DNA of 64,000 nucleotides. Source: an uncultured Acidobacteriota bacterium. Lineage in GTDB: Bacteria > Acidobacteriota > Thermoanaerobaculia > Multivoradales > UBA5704. The notes beneath the pieces are model-generated. The model saw nothing but the letters and a program-made list of their open reading frames with translations. It was not told the DNA's origin and did not search any database. Made by a program: the position numbers and the translations under genes. The stretch lies in contig OY969474.1 of assembly GCA_963700145.1 (NCBI GenBank), positions 3,264,001 to 3,328,000 on the forward strand, written 5' to 3'. Within the stretch, counting starts at the first letter, position 1. Each line of letters starts with the position of its first letter. Positions 37,921 through 48,657 of the stretch are shown one piece after another.

Positions 37921-38678
37921 AGGCGCTCGTCGACAGCTCCTGCTACGTCGCCGTCGCCTTTCAGGAGCCCGGCTGGAAGGATGTCATCGACAGCCTGGCG
38001 AGCTGCGAGGAATTGGTGGCGTGCCCGCTGCTGGAGGCCGAGGTCGCCGCCGCGTTACGGCGTGTGGCTGCCGAGCTGGACTTGGAGAGATTCCTGGCCG
38101 GCATCATCTGGCTGCTGCCGGATCGCCCGCTTTCAGCGGAGATCGCGCGCGTGCTCGAAGGCGGCCACCTCCGTGGCGCGGACGCCTGGCACCTCGCTCA
38201 TGCCCTCTGGCTGGCGCCTGACACCCAGGAGCTCTCGGTCTACACCCTCGATGAACCACAGCGCCGGGCGGCGATGCGACTCGGCTTCGACGCACCTGCG
38301 CTCGGCGAGCGATCCCCCTACGGCGACCGCTCGGCGGGCTGCCCGTCGAGCCCGGACCTCCGCCAGGAGGCGCCGCCGTCGTCGCTGCGGAGCACCCCAG
38401 CCCGGCCCGTCCGGCTCTTCGCCACGATAGCCGGCCTCGAGCAGCCCACTCTTGGTGGCGCCTTTCGCCCCTGGTATGATGCTAAAATAAAAGGGGTTGG
38501 GCGTCACTGGGTGTTGTCCGTGGATCTCTGTCATGTGTTCCCTTATTCCCGAGATCAGATCCGAACGAGGGATAAATCGTGGCTAAAGGCGACCAGATCA
38601 ACATCAAGCCCCAGTTCAGGTCGAAGACGGTCCCATGCGAAGGCGAGGCCGGCGATCTGTTGGTCCTCTCGCCGCTGA
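37917..38678 (+). CDS. vapC: VapC/PIN toxin; the PIN domain ends near 38295 and the rest is probably read-through
   Basis: VDSS...F.EP, L.AE, LRGADAWHLA.A, TLD..Q...A..LGF. Confidence 0.75.
   Translation: MKALVDSSCYVAVAFQEPGWKDVIDSLASCEELVACPLLEAEVAAALRRVAAELDLERFLAGIIWLLPDRPLSAEIARVLEGGHLRGADAWHLAHALWLAPDTQELSVYTLDEPQRRAAMRLGFDAPALGERSPYGDRSAGCPSSPDLRQEAPPSSLRSTPARPVRLFATIAGLEQPTLGGAFRPWYDAKIKGVGRHWVLSVDLCHVFPYSRDQIRTRDKSWLKATRSTSSPSSGRRRSHAKARPAICWSSRR
38330..38420 (-). pseudogene. Remnant of a BNR/Asp-box repeat protein
   Basis: Minus-strand frame reads GVLRSDDGGASWRRSGLDGQ. Confidence 0.45.
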
Positions 38679-38860
38679 GCGAGGGCGAGCAAGACCCGAC
38701 GTCACAGGGACTCACGACCCTGTGGTTCTGCATTAAGTCGGCTAACCTGCCCGAACAACGTAATGCCGTTTGGGCGCGTGTCAAATTCGACGGCTTCGCC
38801 ACCTGTGCCACGTCCGTACTGCCTAACCCGCCGACGCTCGATCCGCTGCGGCTGGGTTGA
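38579..38860 (+). CDS. Small hypothetical protein, first gene of a three-gene island
   Basis: GAGGG RBS plus GTG; PCEGEAGDL..LWFC..W. Confidence 0.6.
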   Translation: MAKGDQINIKPQFRSKTVPCEGEAGDLLVLSPLSEGEQDPTSQGLTTLWFCIKSANLPEQRNAVWARVKFDGFATCATSVLPNPPTLDPLRLG

Positions 38861-38908
38861 GCAGCGGGCCGGCAACTCACGGGCCATCCATCGGAAGGGG
38901 GCTTTTGT

Positions 38909-39826
38909 ATGCCGAAATTCACGAGCAAGACCGAATCCGACGAGTCGGCCATTTTCGCGTCCTCTGGCGGCGGCCCAGGCGTCGAAGCGGTCTCCGGCAA
39001 AGGCCCCGGCGTTTCCGGCAAAAGCGGGGACGGCCGGGCCGGGCAGTTCCACAGCGAAAACCAGGAAGCGGTCTTCGGCGATTCGAACTCGCCGGACAAG
39101 GCGGCCGTCGCCGGCGTGCAGCTTAACGCCGCCAGCACTGGGGCCGGCGTCTACGGTGAGCACAAAGGCACTGGGCCAGGCGTTGTCGGGACAAACACCG
39201 CCGCCGGCCCGGGCGGCGTGGGCGGCTTCTTCCACAGCGAGGTCAACGAAGGGTTGCGCGCCGAGACCAAGTCGGCGACGACCGCCGCCGTCGCGTGCTT
39301 CCAACTCAACCCGGTCAGCACCGCGGCCGCCCTCTACGCCGAACATGTCACCGGCAAGGTCGCGGGGTTCTTCAAAGGCGATGTCATCGTTACCGGCGAC
39401 CTCTCCTTCCCCGGCGCAGACTGCGCCGAGGACTTTACGATCCACGCCGAAGCGGACGCCGACCCCGGCACGGTGATGGCGCTGTGCGCGACCGGCGAAC
39501 TCGTGCCGTGCGCCGAACCTTACGAGAAAAAGGTCGTCGGCGTCGTCGCCGGGGCCGGCACGTTCCGCCCCAGCATCGTCATGGACCGGCACGGGCCGCC
39601 GTCCGGCCGCCGCCGGCCCGTCGCGCTGGTCGGCAAGGTCTTCTGCAAGGTCGACGCGGGCTACGGGGCAGTCGAGGTCGGCGACCTGCTAACGAGTTCG
39701 GCCACCCCCGGCTATGCGATGAAGGGGGCCGACCCGATACGCGCCTTCGGCAGCGTGATCGGCAAGGCGATGGCCCCCCTCCGCGCGGGCCGCGGACTAA
39801 TTCCGATCCTGATCTCGCTCCAGTAG
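38909..39826 (+). CDS. Gly-rich fibre/spike-like protein with a C-terminal intramolecular-chaperone (peptidase G2-like) domain
   Basis: Repeated GV.G...G..G.F.S units; ADCAEDF, VALVGKVFCKVDA, GDLLTSS..PG.AM, VIGKA. Confidence 0.6.
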   Translation: MPKFTSKTESDESAIFASSGGGPGVEAVSGKGPGVSGKSGDGRAGQFHSENQEAVFGDSNSPDKAAVAGVQLNAASTGAGVYGEHKGTGPGVVGTNTAAGPGGVGGFFHSEVNEGLRAETKSATTAAVACFQLNPVSTAAALYAEHVTGKVAGFFKGDVIVTGDLSFPGADCAEDFTIHAEADADPGTVMALCATGELVPCAEPYEKKVVGVVAGAGTFRPSIVMDRHGPPSGRRRPVALVGKVFCKVDAGYGAVEVGDLLTSSATPGYAMKGADPIRAFGSVIGKAMAPLRAGRGLIPILISLQ

Positions 39827-39853
39827 ACGCCGTCGGCGGAAGGGGGCCGTGGT

Positions 39854-41167
39854 ATGGAGTTCGTCAAAAAGCACGTGGCCGCCAGCGGGAACACCACCCT
39901 CCGCGGGTTCTTTAGCTCCGATAACGTCGATTTCGACCCCCCCAGTCTGAGCCTCCGCGCGAACGTCACGAAGGCGAAGTCGAAGAGAGTCTACGACCTC
40001 GCGGACGGCTCCACAGACGACGACGACGAGGACGAGATCCGTGACATCATGTCGCAGTCCGACAACAGTTACGAACTCATCCGCCTGGTCGGGGTGATGG
40101 ACGGGTGGGAGGGACTCGACGACGAGCTACCGGAGGGCCACGTCGATAACGTTGCCTTTCAACTGGCCCAGGTCCTCGACCAGCGCGACTACGTCGTGTA
40201 CCAGTTCGTCCGGCGTTACCTGGTTTTGCTCGACTACAACGCCAGCCCGAACCTCGGCGACTGCTTCGTGCAACTGCTGGAGTGGCCCGTCGAGTTCCAG
40301 GAGGACGAAATCGACCTGTTGCTCAGCCAAAAGGTCGAACTCCTGAAGCGGGTCACCAGCGCCACGATGCGCGAGCGGACGAACATGGTGGCAGCGGCGC
40401 GCATCCTCCCCATCGTCGTCGCGCAGACCATCGAGGCGGCCCCTCACCGCGCCGGCGAACTCGTCGCCCTGATGCACGAGGTGAACTATACGACCCGTAT
40501 CTGTGGCGACCTTGCGAGGCTGTTCTATACGCCGCTCTACGACGTGATCAGGGATACGGTCGATCCCGACCCGACAAAAACTCTAGCGCTGCGAGTCGCC
40601 TGCCGAGACACGCTCCAGCGGTTGGAAAAGGAGTTCGCCGCCGCGGCCAAGGCCGTCGAACTGATCGGCGACAATGCGGCCAAGACGACGGTGAACCGGT
40701 TCATGAGCGCGCTCAAGGCGGCGCTGGACAACTTTTCGCCGACGTTGCCGGCCCCAACGGCCGTCGGGGCCATTGTCTCGGCACTCGGTGGGGTCGGTAA
40801 CACCTTTGCCGATTTGACGACCGCGATCACGAACCTGCCGGACGTGGTAAGCGGCATCACGCTGCCGGACTTGCTCGGCACGGACGACGACGACAAGGCC
40901 CGGGATCTCATCGGCCAACTCTTCTCGCAGGGGTGGCTCGCTCATGCCTCGTTCGATGTCAAACGCCGGCAGGTGAGGTCGTTGCTGGACGGCTGGACCG
41001 TCGACTCCGATGAGATTGGGATCATCCGGGTACTGGAGGCGGCCAAGGGCTACGACCAAGCGGAACTCTACCAGTTGGTCGCTGCGGCGACCTGGGAGGA
41101 TTTGTATTCGAGCGTCGACGGCGACGAGTACGACACGATGGAAGGCATATTGGGCCAGCCAGTGTAG
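39854..41167 (+). CDS. Helical acidic protein with two annexin-like repeats
   Basis: DGSTDDDDEDEIRDIM..ELIRLV..WEGL and DGWTVDSDEIGIIRVL..ELYQLV..WEDL. Confidence 0.5.
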   Translation: MEFVKKHVAASGNTTLRGFFSSDNVDFDPPSLSLRANVTKAKSKRVYDLADGSTDDDDEDEIRDIMSQSDNSYELIRLVGVMDGWEGLDDELPEGHVDNVAFQLAQVLDQRDYVVYQFVRRYLVLLDYNASPNLGDCFVQLLEWPVEFQEDEIDLLLSQKVELLKRVTSATMRERTNMVAAARILPIVVAQTIEAAPHRAGELVALMHEVNYTTRICGDLARLFYTPLYDVIRDTVDPDPTKTLALRVACRDTLQRLEKEFAAAAKAVELIGDNAAKTTVNRFMSALKAALDNFSPTLPAPTAVGAIVSALGGVGNTFADLTTAITNLPDVVSGITLPDLLGTDDDDKARDLIGQLFSQGWLAHASFDVKRRQVRSLLDGWTVDSDEIGIIRVLEAAKGYDQAELYQLVAAATWEDLYSSVDGDEYDTMEGILGQPV

Positions 41168-41279
41168 CGATCGTTCCGCCAGGCGGTCCGGGGTCCGCCA
41201 GAAGTGCTCTTCGGCGTCTTCGCCGCAGTGAAGGTCACCCTCTTACCGCAGGCGCCGGCGGCGAGGAGCGCCAGCGCGG

Positions 41280-41573
41280 CGAGCGACGGCGGCCGCGGAG
41301 CGAAGCGACCGCCTGGTCCCACGAGCGGCCGCCGTCGCCCGAGCGGTGGACGCCGCGCTCGTCGGCGGCCCACAGCTCTCCCGGCGCCGTGCCGGCGGCG
41401 AGCCGCGGCGCGATCGTGGTGGGCGGCTCGGGCCAGCCCGCGAGGACGCGCTCCCAGCGCCCGCGGCCGGCGCGGCGAAAGATGCGGCCGTCCGCCTGCC
41501 CGGCGCGGTTAGGCCGAGTAGGGGCCGGAGGCCGCCGACACGACCACCACTTCCGGGTCGCCGGGGTCGATCA
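41280..41573 (-). pseudogene. C-terminal remnant of a BNR-repeat beta-propeller protein
   Basis: IDPGDPEVVVVSAASGPYSA* then a frameshift to RAGQADGRIFRR...ERGVHRSGDGGRSW. Confidence 0.6.
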
Positions 41574-42884
41574 GCGCTTCGCGAACCCGGTGACGATGTA
41601 CGTCCCCGACCGCTGGTCCTTCTTGAGCTTGATGATGTTCTTCCGCTCGGCGTCTTCGAGGAGCTCGGAGAAGGTCGAGTAGCCGTAGTAGCCCTCGTTG
41701 AAGGAGGGCTTCTTGCGCTGCATGGTCTGCTTGATCATCGAGCCCCAGAGCACGTCCTTGTTCTCGCGCAGCAGGGCCTGGATCGACTCGACCATCAGGC
41801 TGAAGGCCTCGGCGGTCTTCTTGTTGAGGCCGTCGAGCTTGGGGCCGCGCTTGGCGTCGCGCCAGACGTCCTCGTAGTAGATGAACTCGTCGCAGTTGTC
41901 GACCAGGAGGTTCGACGACGAGTTCTTGACCCCGATGCCGATGACGTACTTGTTGTTCTCCTTGAGCTTCGAGACCAGCGGCGAGAAGTCGCTGTCGCCC
42001 GACAGGATGACGAAAGTGTCGAGGTGCTCCTTGGAGTAGGAGAGGTCCATGGCGTCGACCACCATCTTGATGTCGGCGCTGTTCTTGCCCGAGTAGAACT
42101 TCTGCGGGATGTCGATGAGCTCGATCGCGGCCTCGTGGAAGGGGCGCTTGTAGTCGCTGTAGCGCTCCCAGTCGGCGTAGGCCTTCTTGACGATGATCTT
42201 GCCCTTCTCGAGCAGGCGCTCGAGGACCAGGAGGATGTCGAACTTGCCGGTGTCGGAGTCGCGGACGCCGAGGGCGATGTTCTCGAAGTCGCAGAAAAGC
42301 GCGATCTTGCGCTCGTCCTGCGAGCGAGCGCGCTCCGGCATCGCGTAGATGATCTCGCGCTCGCGCGGGGCGTCCTCGCGGCGCAGGAAGGCGACGGGCT
42401 CCTCGCGGCGGGGATGCTCCTCCTCGTCGTCCTCCTCGACGGCGGCGCCGGCGGCGGACGGCGCGGCCGCGGCGGCGGGCCGGCCGCCCTTGCGCCGGCC
42501 GCGGCCGCCGCGCCGCGAGCGCGAGCGGCGGCGGACGCGGACCGCTTCGCCCTCCGCTCCGGCTTCGCCTTCCGCTTCGTCCTCCTCTTCGCCTTCCTCT
42601 CCCTCTTCCTCTTCCTCGCCGTCCTCCTCCTCCTCCTCGTCCTCGTGCTCCTCGTGCTCGTCGCGCTCTTCGGGCTCCTCGACGGGGCGCGGCAGCGCGG
42701 CGGCGCGGTAGGGCTCGGCGGAAGGTTCGGGGAGGGGGGCGTAGAAGGGGGGCGAGGGGGGATCGGGGATCGTCGGCGCCGGCTGGGCCGGTTCGATCTC
42801 CTCGGGTCGTTCGTCGCGACGGACCTCGTCGCGCTCGTCGTCTGCGGCGCCCTCGGCCGTGGGGCGCAACCACCATGGGCTCAC
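41571..42884 (-). CDS. NYN (LabA/DUF88) domain plus OST-HTH/LOTUS protein with a disordered N-terminus
   Basis: FCDFEN, KNSADIKMVVDA, SGDSDFSPL, CDEFIYY, F.E.YYG.STFS.LL; start uncertain. Confidence 0.88.
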   Translation of the reverse strand: MSPWWLRPTAEGAADDERDEVRRDERPEEIEPAQPAPTIPDPPSPPFYAPLPEPSAEPYRAAALPRPVEEPEERDEHEEHEDEEEEEDGEEEEEGEEGEEEDEAEGEAGAEGEAVRVRRRSRSRRGGRGRRKGGRPAAAAAPSAAGAAVEEDDEEEHPRREEPVAFLRREDAPREREIIYAMPERARSQDERKIALFCDFENIALGVRDSDTGKFDILLVLERLLEKGKIIVKKAYADWERYSDYKRPFHEAAIELIDIPQKFYSGKNSADIKMVVDAMDLSYSKEHLDTFVILSGDSDFSPLVSKLKENNKYVIGIGVKNSSSNLLVDNCDEFIYYEDVWRDAKRGPKLDGLNKKTAEAFSLMVESIQALLRENKDVLWGSMIKQTMQRKKPSFNEGYYGYSTFSELLEDAERKNIIKLKKDQRSGTYIVTGFAKR

Positions 42885-43023
42885 GTTGATGTTCCTTTCT
42901 GTCTCGTTCAGCGGGATTTCGCTTCGGGGCCCGGGCGGCGGGAGTGGAAACAAGCCACAGGCCGGGGGGCATTGTAGCCCAGAACGGCCCCGGATAGGAT
43001 GCGCTCTCAATTCGGGAGGAGCC

Positions 43024-45033
<2,010 letters not shown>

Positions 45034-45065
45034 TCCCGTAGCGCCCGGCCTACGTGCCGGGCGTT

Positions 45066-45374
45066 TTAATCCAGATCGAACGGGCGGACGGGGGGGCCGG
45101 TGTCGGGCTCTTCTTCGGCCCGCTTCATGGCTTCGCGGAATTTCTCTTCTAACAGGCGGTCGCGGTCTTTGAAGGCTGCGACTTCGCGGGCGAAGACGTC
45201 TTCCGCTTTCTCGCGGTCTTCGTCGAGGCCGCGCATTAGGGCGTCGAAGTCTTTGCCGCCTGCTGGCTGGCGCTTGGGGGGGCGGTGCGAGAGGACCTCG
45301 CCGGTGGCGGCGTCTATGACTAGGTCGGAGCTGCACTCTGGGCAGCGCACGGTTAGCTTGCGGGTTTCTGCCAT
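45066..45374 (-). CDS. Small Zn-ribbon/coiled-coil protein
   Basis: V.CPEC..L.ID..TG.V; C-terminal PVRPFDLD. Confidence 0.7.
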   Translation of the reverse strand: MAETRKLTVRCPECSSDLVIDAATGEVLSHRPPKRQPAGGKDFDALMRGLDEDREKAEDVFAREVAAFKDRDRLLEEKFREAMKRAEEEPDTGPPVRPFDLD

Positions 45375-45402
45375 ATACAGATTGTATGCGGGGCTTGAGG
45401 TG

Positions 45403-45569
45403 AGGGGGCGGGAGGGGCTGCTCCGTCCGGGGACCGGCGCGCGCTTGGAAGACTGCGGCGGGGTGGCGCGCGCCTGCGCTCGGCTGCGCGCGGGGTCGGC
45501 TGGGGACTGCGGCGGGGTTGCCGGCGCTTGCCGAGAGCTCCCCGGACGGAGCAGCCCCTCCCGCCCCCT
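45403..45569. repeat. MITE/REPIN-like element with a 31-bp perfect inverted repeat
   Basis: agggggcgggaggggctgctccgtccgggga (45403-45433) and its exact reverse complement (45539-45569); internal direct repeat gactgcggcggggt at 45451 and 45505. Confidence 0.85.
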
Positions 45570-45577
45570 GGCACCGG

Positions 45578-47533
45578 CTACTTGTTCGGCGGAGAAACTA
45601 GGAACGCGGTAGCGAAGGCAAGGCCTAGTGCGGCTAGGGCCATGCCGGCTGTGAAGGCTCGGGGACGGTAGGGGAGGTCGAGTTGGCGGACCTTGGGGAA
45701 GGGGGTGAGGTTACGCCAGACGGCGGCGGATTCGTCACGGAAGGCTTGGGTCCAGGGGGCGGGGAGCTGGGCGTTGGGGGGGGTTAGGAGCCAGCGGATG
45801 CGCAGAGTGGCGTAGAGGGGGTGCTCGGGGTGGGCCCACTCGGGGACTTCGCCGTTCCAGCGCTCGCGGATGGGGGCGGTTAGGGCGGCGTAGGCGCTTG
45901 GGGCTAGGGGGTTGTAGAGGCGGGCGTCGGTTAGGTCGTAAAGAGTGGCGAGGTTGGGGGGGAAGTCTCGGCCTAGGGCGGCCATGCGGTCGTTGCCTAG
46001 GTTGCGCTGGAGGAAGCGGATGGCTTCGGTCTTGGGGAGGGCGAGGCGCTTGGGCATGGGGGGGTGGGCGGGGAGGTGGAGGAGGAGGAGCTCGGCGGCG
46101 ACCAAGGCGGCGGCCGCCGGCGGGGCCCAGCGGCGGTTGCGGCCGAGGAGGAAGAGCAGCACCGCGAGCACGAGGAAGCGCAGCTGCCAGTGGAGCCAGC
46201 CCCAGCGGAGGACGGCTAAGGTCTCGGGGTTCTCGGGGTGGACGAAGGTGACGGTGGCCCAGACGAGGACGGCGGCCACGGCCGCGGCGGCGAGGAGTAG
46301 GGGAGCGATTCGCCGTTTGTCGCGGGTCCAGCGCTCCAGGGTGCAGGCGGCCAGGTAGGCGAGGGCGAAGTTGACGAGGAGGAGCGGGCGCCGGGTTTCG
46401 AGTGGGACGCCGAGGACGACCCAGAGGAGGGCTAGGAGCCCGACGCCGAGCACGACGCGCTCCTGCGGCAGGCGCGGCTTGCCGGCGAGGGCGAGGAGGG
46501 CGAGGAGGAGGGTCGCGGTGCCGGCGAAGCCGGCGGCGTCCTCGTTGGTGTTCGAGAGCCCCCAGTAGTGGGCGAAGCGGCTGTTGCCGAAGGCGTTCGG
46601 GGCGATGAGCGGCACCCACCGCTCCGGCGCGCCCGGTCCGGCGGCCGGCGGCGCCAGGCTGCCTTCGGCGAGGCGCGCGGCGCGCAGGGTCTGCGGCAGG
46701 TAGTCGGCCGCGGGCAGCAGCGCCGGCGCCGCGGCGGCGGCGGCCAGGAGGAAAGCGAGCCCGGCGCGGCCGAGGAAGGCGCGGCGGTGGCCGCGCGGCC
46801 GCTCGAGCGCCAGGCTGGCGGCGAAGGCCGCGACGAGGGCGAGGGCGTAGGCGATGGCTTCCGGGTGGCCGGCGAGGAGGAGCGCCCAGAGCGCGATGCC
46901 GAGGAGCAGGTGGTCGCGCCGCCGGCCCTCGCGCGCCACGCGCACGAGCCCGTAGAGCGCGGCCGGCAGCCAGGCGGCGGCGTTGGCCAGCGGCCACCCG
47001 GCCCAGAGGAGGAGGAAGCCGCCCAGTCCGTAGGCGAAGGCGCCGGCGAGCGCCGCGCCGTCCCGGATCTCTTGCCGTCGCAGCAGCAAGTAGGTGAAGA
47101 CCAGCGCCAGGAGCACGCGCAGCGCCGCCGTCGCCGCCGCGGCGCGCAGCAGCGGCAGCGGCGTGGCGAGGAGGGTGAGCGGCTGGAGGGCCTGGGCCTG
47201 CGGGTCGGCGAGGAGCGGCATGCCGGCGCCGACCCGCGCGTTCCAGAGCGGCCATCGCCCCGCGCCGTACGCCCGCCGCACCTCGGCGAGCGACGGGGTG
47301 ACGAGGGTGATCAGGTCGCCCTGGAGGGGGTTGCCGTGGGGGTCGGTGGGCTCGAGGTGCTGGAACGGCACGTGGCCGCGGAGGTTGTCGAGCGGCAGGA
47401 GGAGCTTGCCGCCGACGAGCGCCGGCCCGAAGAGGATGGCGAGGACGACGGCGAAGGCGCCCCACGCCGCCGCCGGCACGCGGTCGTACCAGCGGCGGAG
47501 CGCGAGGGCGAGGAGGAGACCGGCGCCCGCCAC
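45578..47533 (-). CDS. YfhO-like polytopic membrane protein (GT-C-like)
   Basis: G.WPLWN...GAG.PLLA.PQ, GHPE, PNAFG; start uncertain (about 47530-47570). Confidence 0.75.
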   Translation of the reverse strand: MAGAGLLLALALRRWYDRVPAAAWGAFAVVLAILFGPALVGGKLLLPLDNLRGHVPFQHLEPTDPHGNPLQGDLITLVTPSLAEVRRAYGAGRWPLWNARVGAGMPLLADPQAQALQPLTLLATPLPLLRAAAATAALRVLLALVFTYLLLRRQEIRDGAALAGAFAYGLGGFLLLWAGWPLANAAAWLPAALYGLVRVAREGRRRDHLLLGIALWALLLAGHPEAIAYALALVAAFAASLALERPRGHRRAFLGRAGLAFLLAAAAAAPALLPAADYLPQTLRAARLAEGSLAPPAAGPGAPERWVPLIAPNAFGNSRFAHYWGLSNTNEDAAGFAGTATLLLALLALAGKPRLPQERVVLGVGLLALLWVVLGVPLETRRPLLLVNFALAYLAACTLERWTRDKRRIAPLLLAAAAVAAVLVWATVTFVHPENPETLAVLRWGWLHWQLRFLVLAVLLFLLGRNRRWAPPAAAALVAAELLLLHLPAHPPMPKRLALPKTEAIRFLQRNLGNDRMAALGRDFPPNLATLYDLTDARLYNPLAPSAYAALTAPIRERWNGEVPEWAHPEHPLYATLRIRWLLTPPNAQLPAPWTQAFRDESAAVWRNLTPFPKVRQLDLPYRPRAFTAGMALAALGLAFATAFLVSPPNK

Positions 47534-47571
47534 CCAGGCGCCGGGAAGAAGATCGACGGGCTCCCAGCCGG

Positions 47572-48600
47572 CTACAGGACCCGTCCCTTGACCGGCACCT
47601 CCACCACCGGGCTGAGCGGGTGGTTGGTGTAGAGCTTCAGGGTGCCGTTGAAGATGCCCTTGGGCATGGCCGGGCCGAGCAGCAGGCGGACGTCGAACTC
47701 CCGCGTCCCCGCAGCACCCGACGGCTCGATGCTCGCCTCGAGGCCGGCGAGGTCGTCCTCGACCCGGGTGAGCGCGAACTCCTGCCCCTGGATGTTGCCG
47801 CGCACGTGGACGCTCGCCCGCACCGGGCCGTCGATCCGGACGTCGCCGAAGTCCATCACCGGCGGCGTCACCGCCACCGCCGGCTGCACGAAGCCGGAGA
47901 CCGGGATCTCCACCACCTTCTGCTTCGGGTGGCTGGTGTGGATCGTCACGTTGTTGGCGAGCGCCCCGGCCGGCGCGCTGGCGTAGTCGAGCGCGAGCTC
48001 GACGACGTAGCCGCCGCTCGGCGCGTTGACCTCTTGGCGGTCGGCGTCGGTGGCCGGGCGGTAGGTCACCTTGAGGAAGGGGTAGGGGCTCTCGACCTTG
48101 GTGATCTCGAACGCCTCCCCGCGCGGCGACCAGACGATCTGCTCCACCTTGGCCGGCCCCTGCGTCTCCCGCTTGACGAAGCGGGCGTAGCCGGGGCGGA
48201 CGGCGAGCAGCGGCTCGACCGTGGCCTTGATCGTCAGCTCGATCTTCGGCGTCGCGGGGTCGTTGGTGTAGGCGGTGACGCTCTTGGCGATGCCGCCCGA
48301 GAAGGTGGTGCTGTCGAGCTCCGCCCGCACCACACCGGTGGCGCCCGGCGCGATCGTGCGGTCGTAGCTCGTGGCGGTGCAGCCGCAGGCGGCCTGCACG
48401 TCGGTGATCTGCAAGGGCTCGTCGCCGTCGTTGCGGATCACGAAGTCGTGGACGACCTTCTTCCCCTTCTCGACGGCGCCCACGTCCTTGATCGGCTCGA
48501 CGGCCACGGCGATGGGGCCGGTGGCGGCGAAGGCGGCGGCGGCCAGCGCCAGCAGGGCGGCGGCGCACCACGTGACGACTGCTTTCTCGTTGCGTCTCAT
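47572..48600 (-). CDS. DUF1573 Ig-like domain secreted protein
   Basis: Signal peptide; F.I.N.G..PL.I..V...CGCT..I.PG..G; TNDP. Confidence 0.82.
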   Translation of the reverse strand: MRRNEKAVVTWCAAALLALAAAAFAATGPIAVAVEPIKDVGAVEKGKKVVHDFVIRNDGDEPLQITDVQAACGCTATSYDRTIAPGATGVVRAELDSTTFSGGIAKSVTAYTNDPATPKIELTIKATVEPLLAVRPGYARFVKRETQGPAKVEQIVWSPRGEAFEITKVESPYPFLKVTYRPATDADRQEVNAPSGGYVVELALDYASAPAGALANNVTIHTSHPKQKVVEIPVSGFVQPAVAVTPPVMDFGDVRIDGPVRASVHVRGNIQGQEFALTRVEDDLAGLEASIEPSGAAGTREFDVRLLLGPAMPKGIFNGTLKLYTNHPLSPVVEVPVKGRVL

Positions 48601-48657
48601 GCGGGAAGCTCCTCGGCCCAATGCTACACTCGCCGCCTGCATTCCAGAAGACGCGCC

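Noticed and set aside
38296..38678. Novel C-terminal domain on VapC
   Set aside because: Low-complexity read-through across a BNR-gene remnant that overlaps the next gene; most likely a lost stop codon.
38909..39826. Prophage
   Set aside because: No integrase, terminase, capsid or other phage genes nearby.
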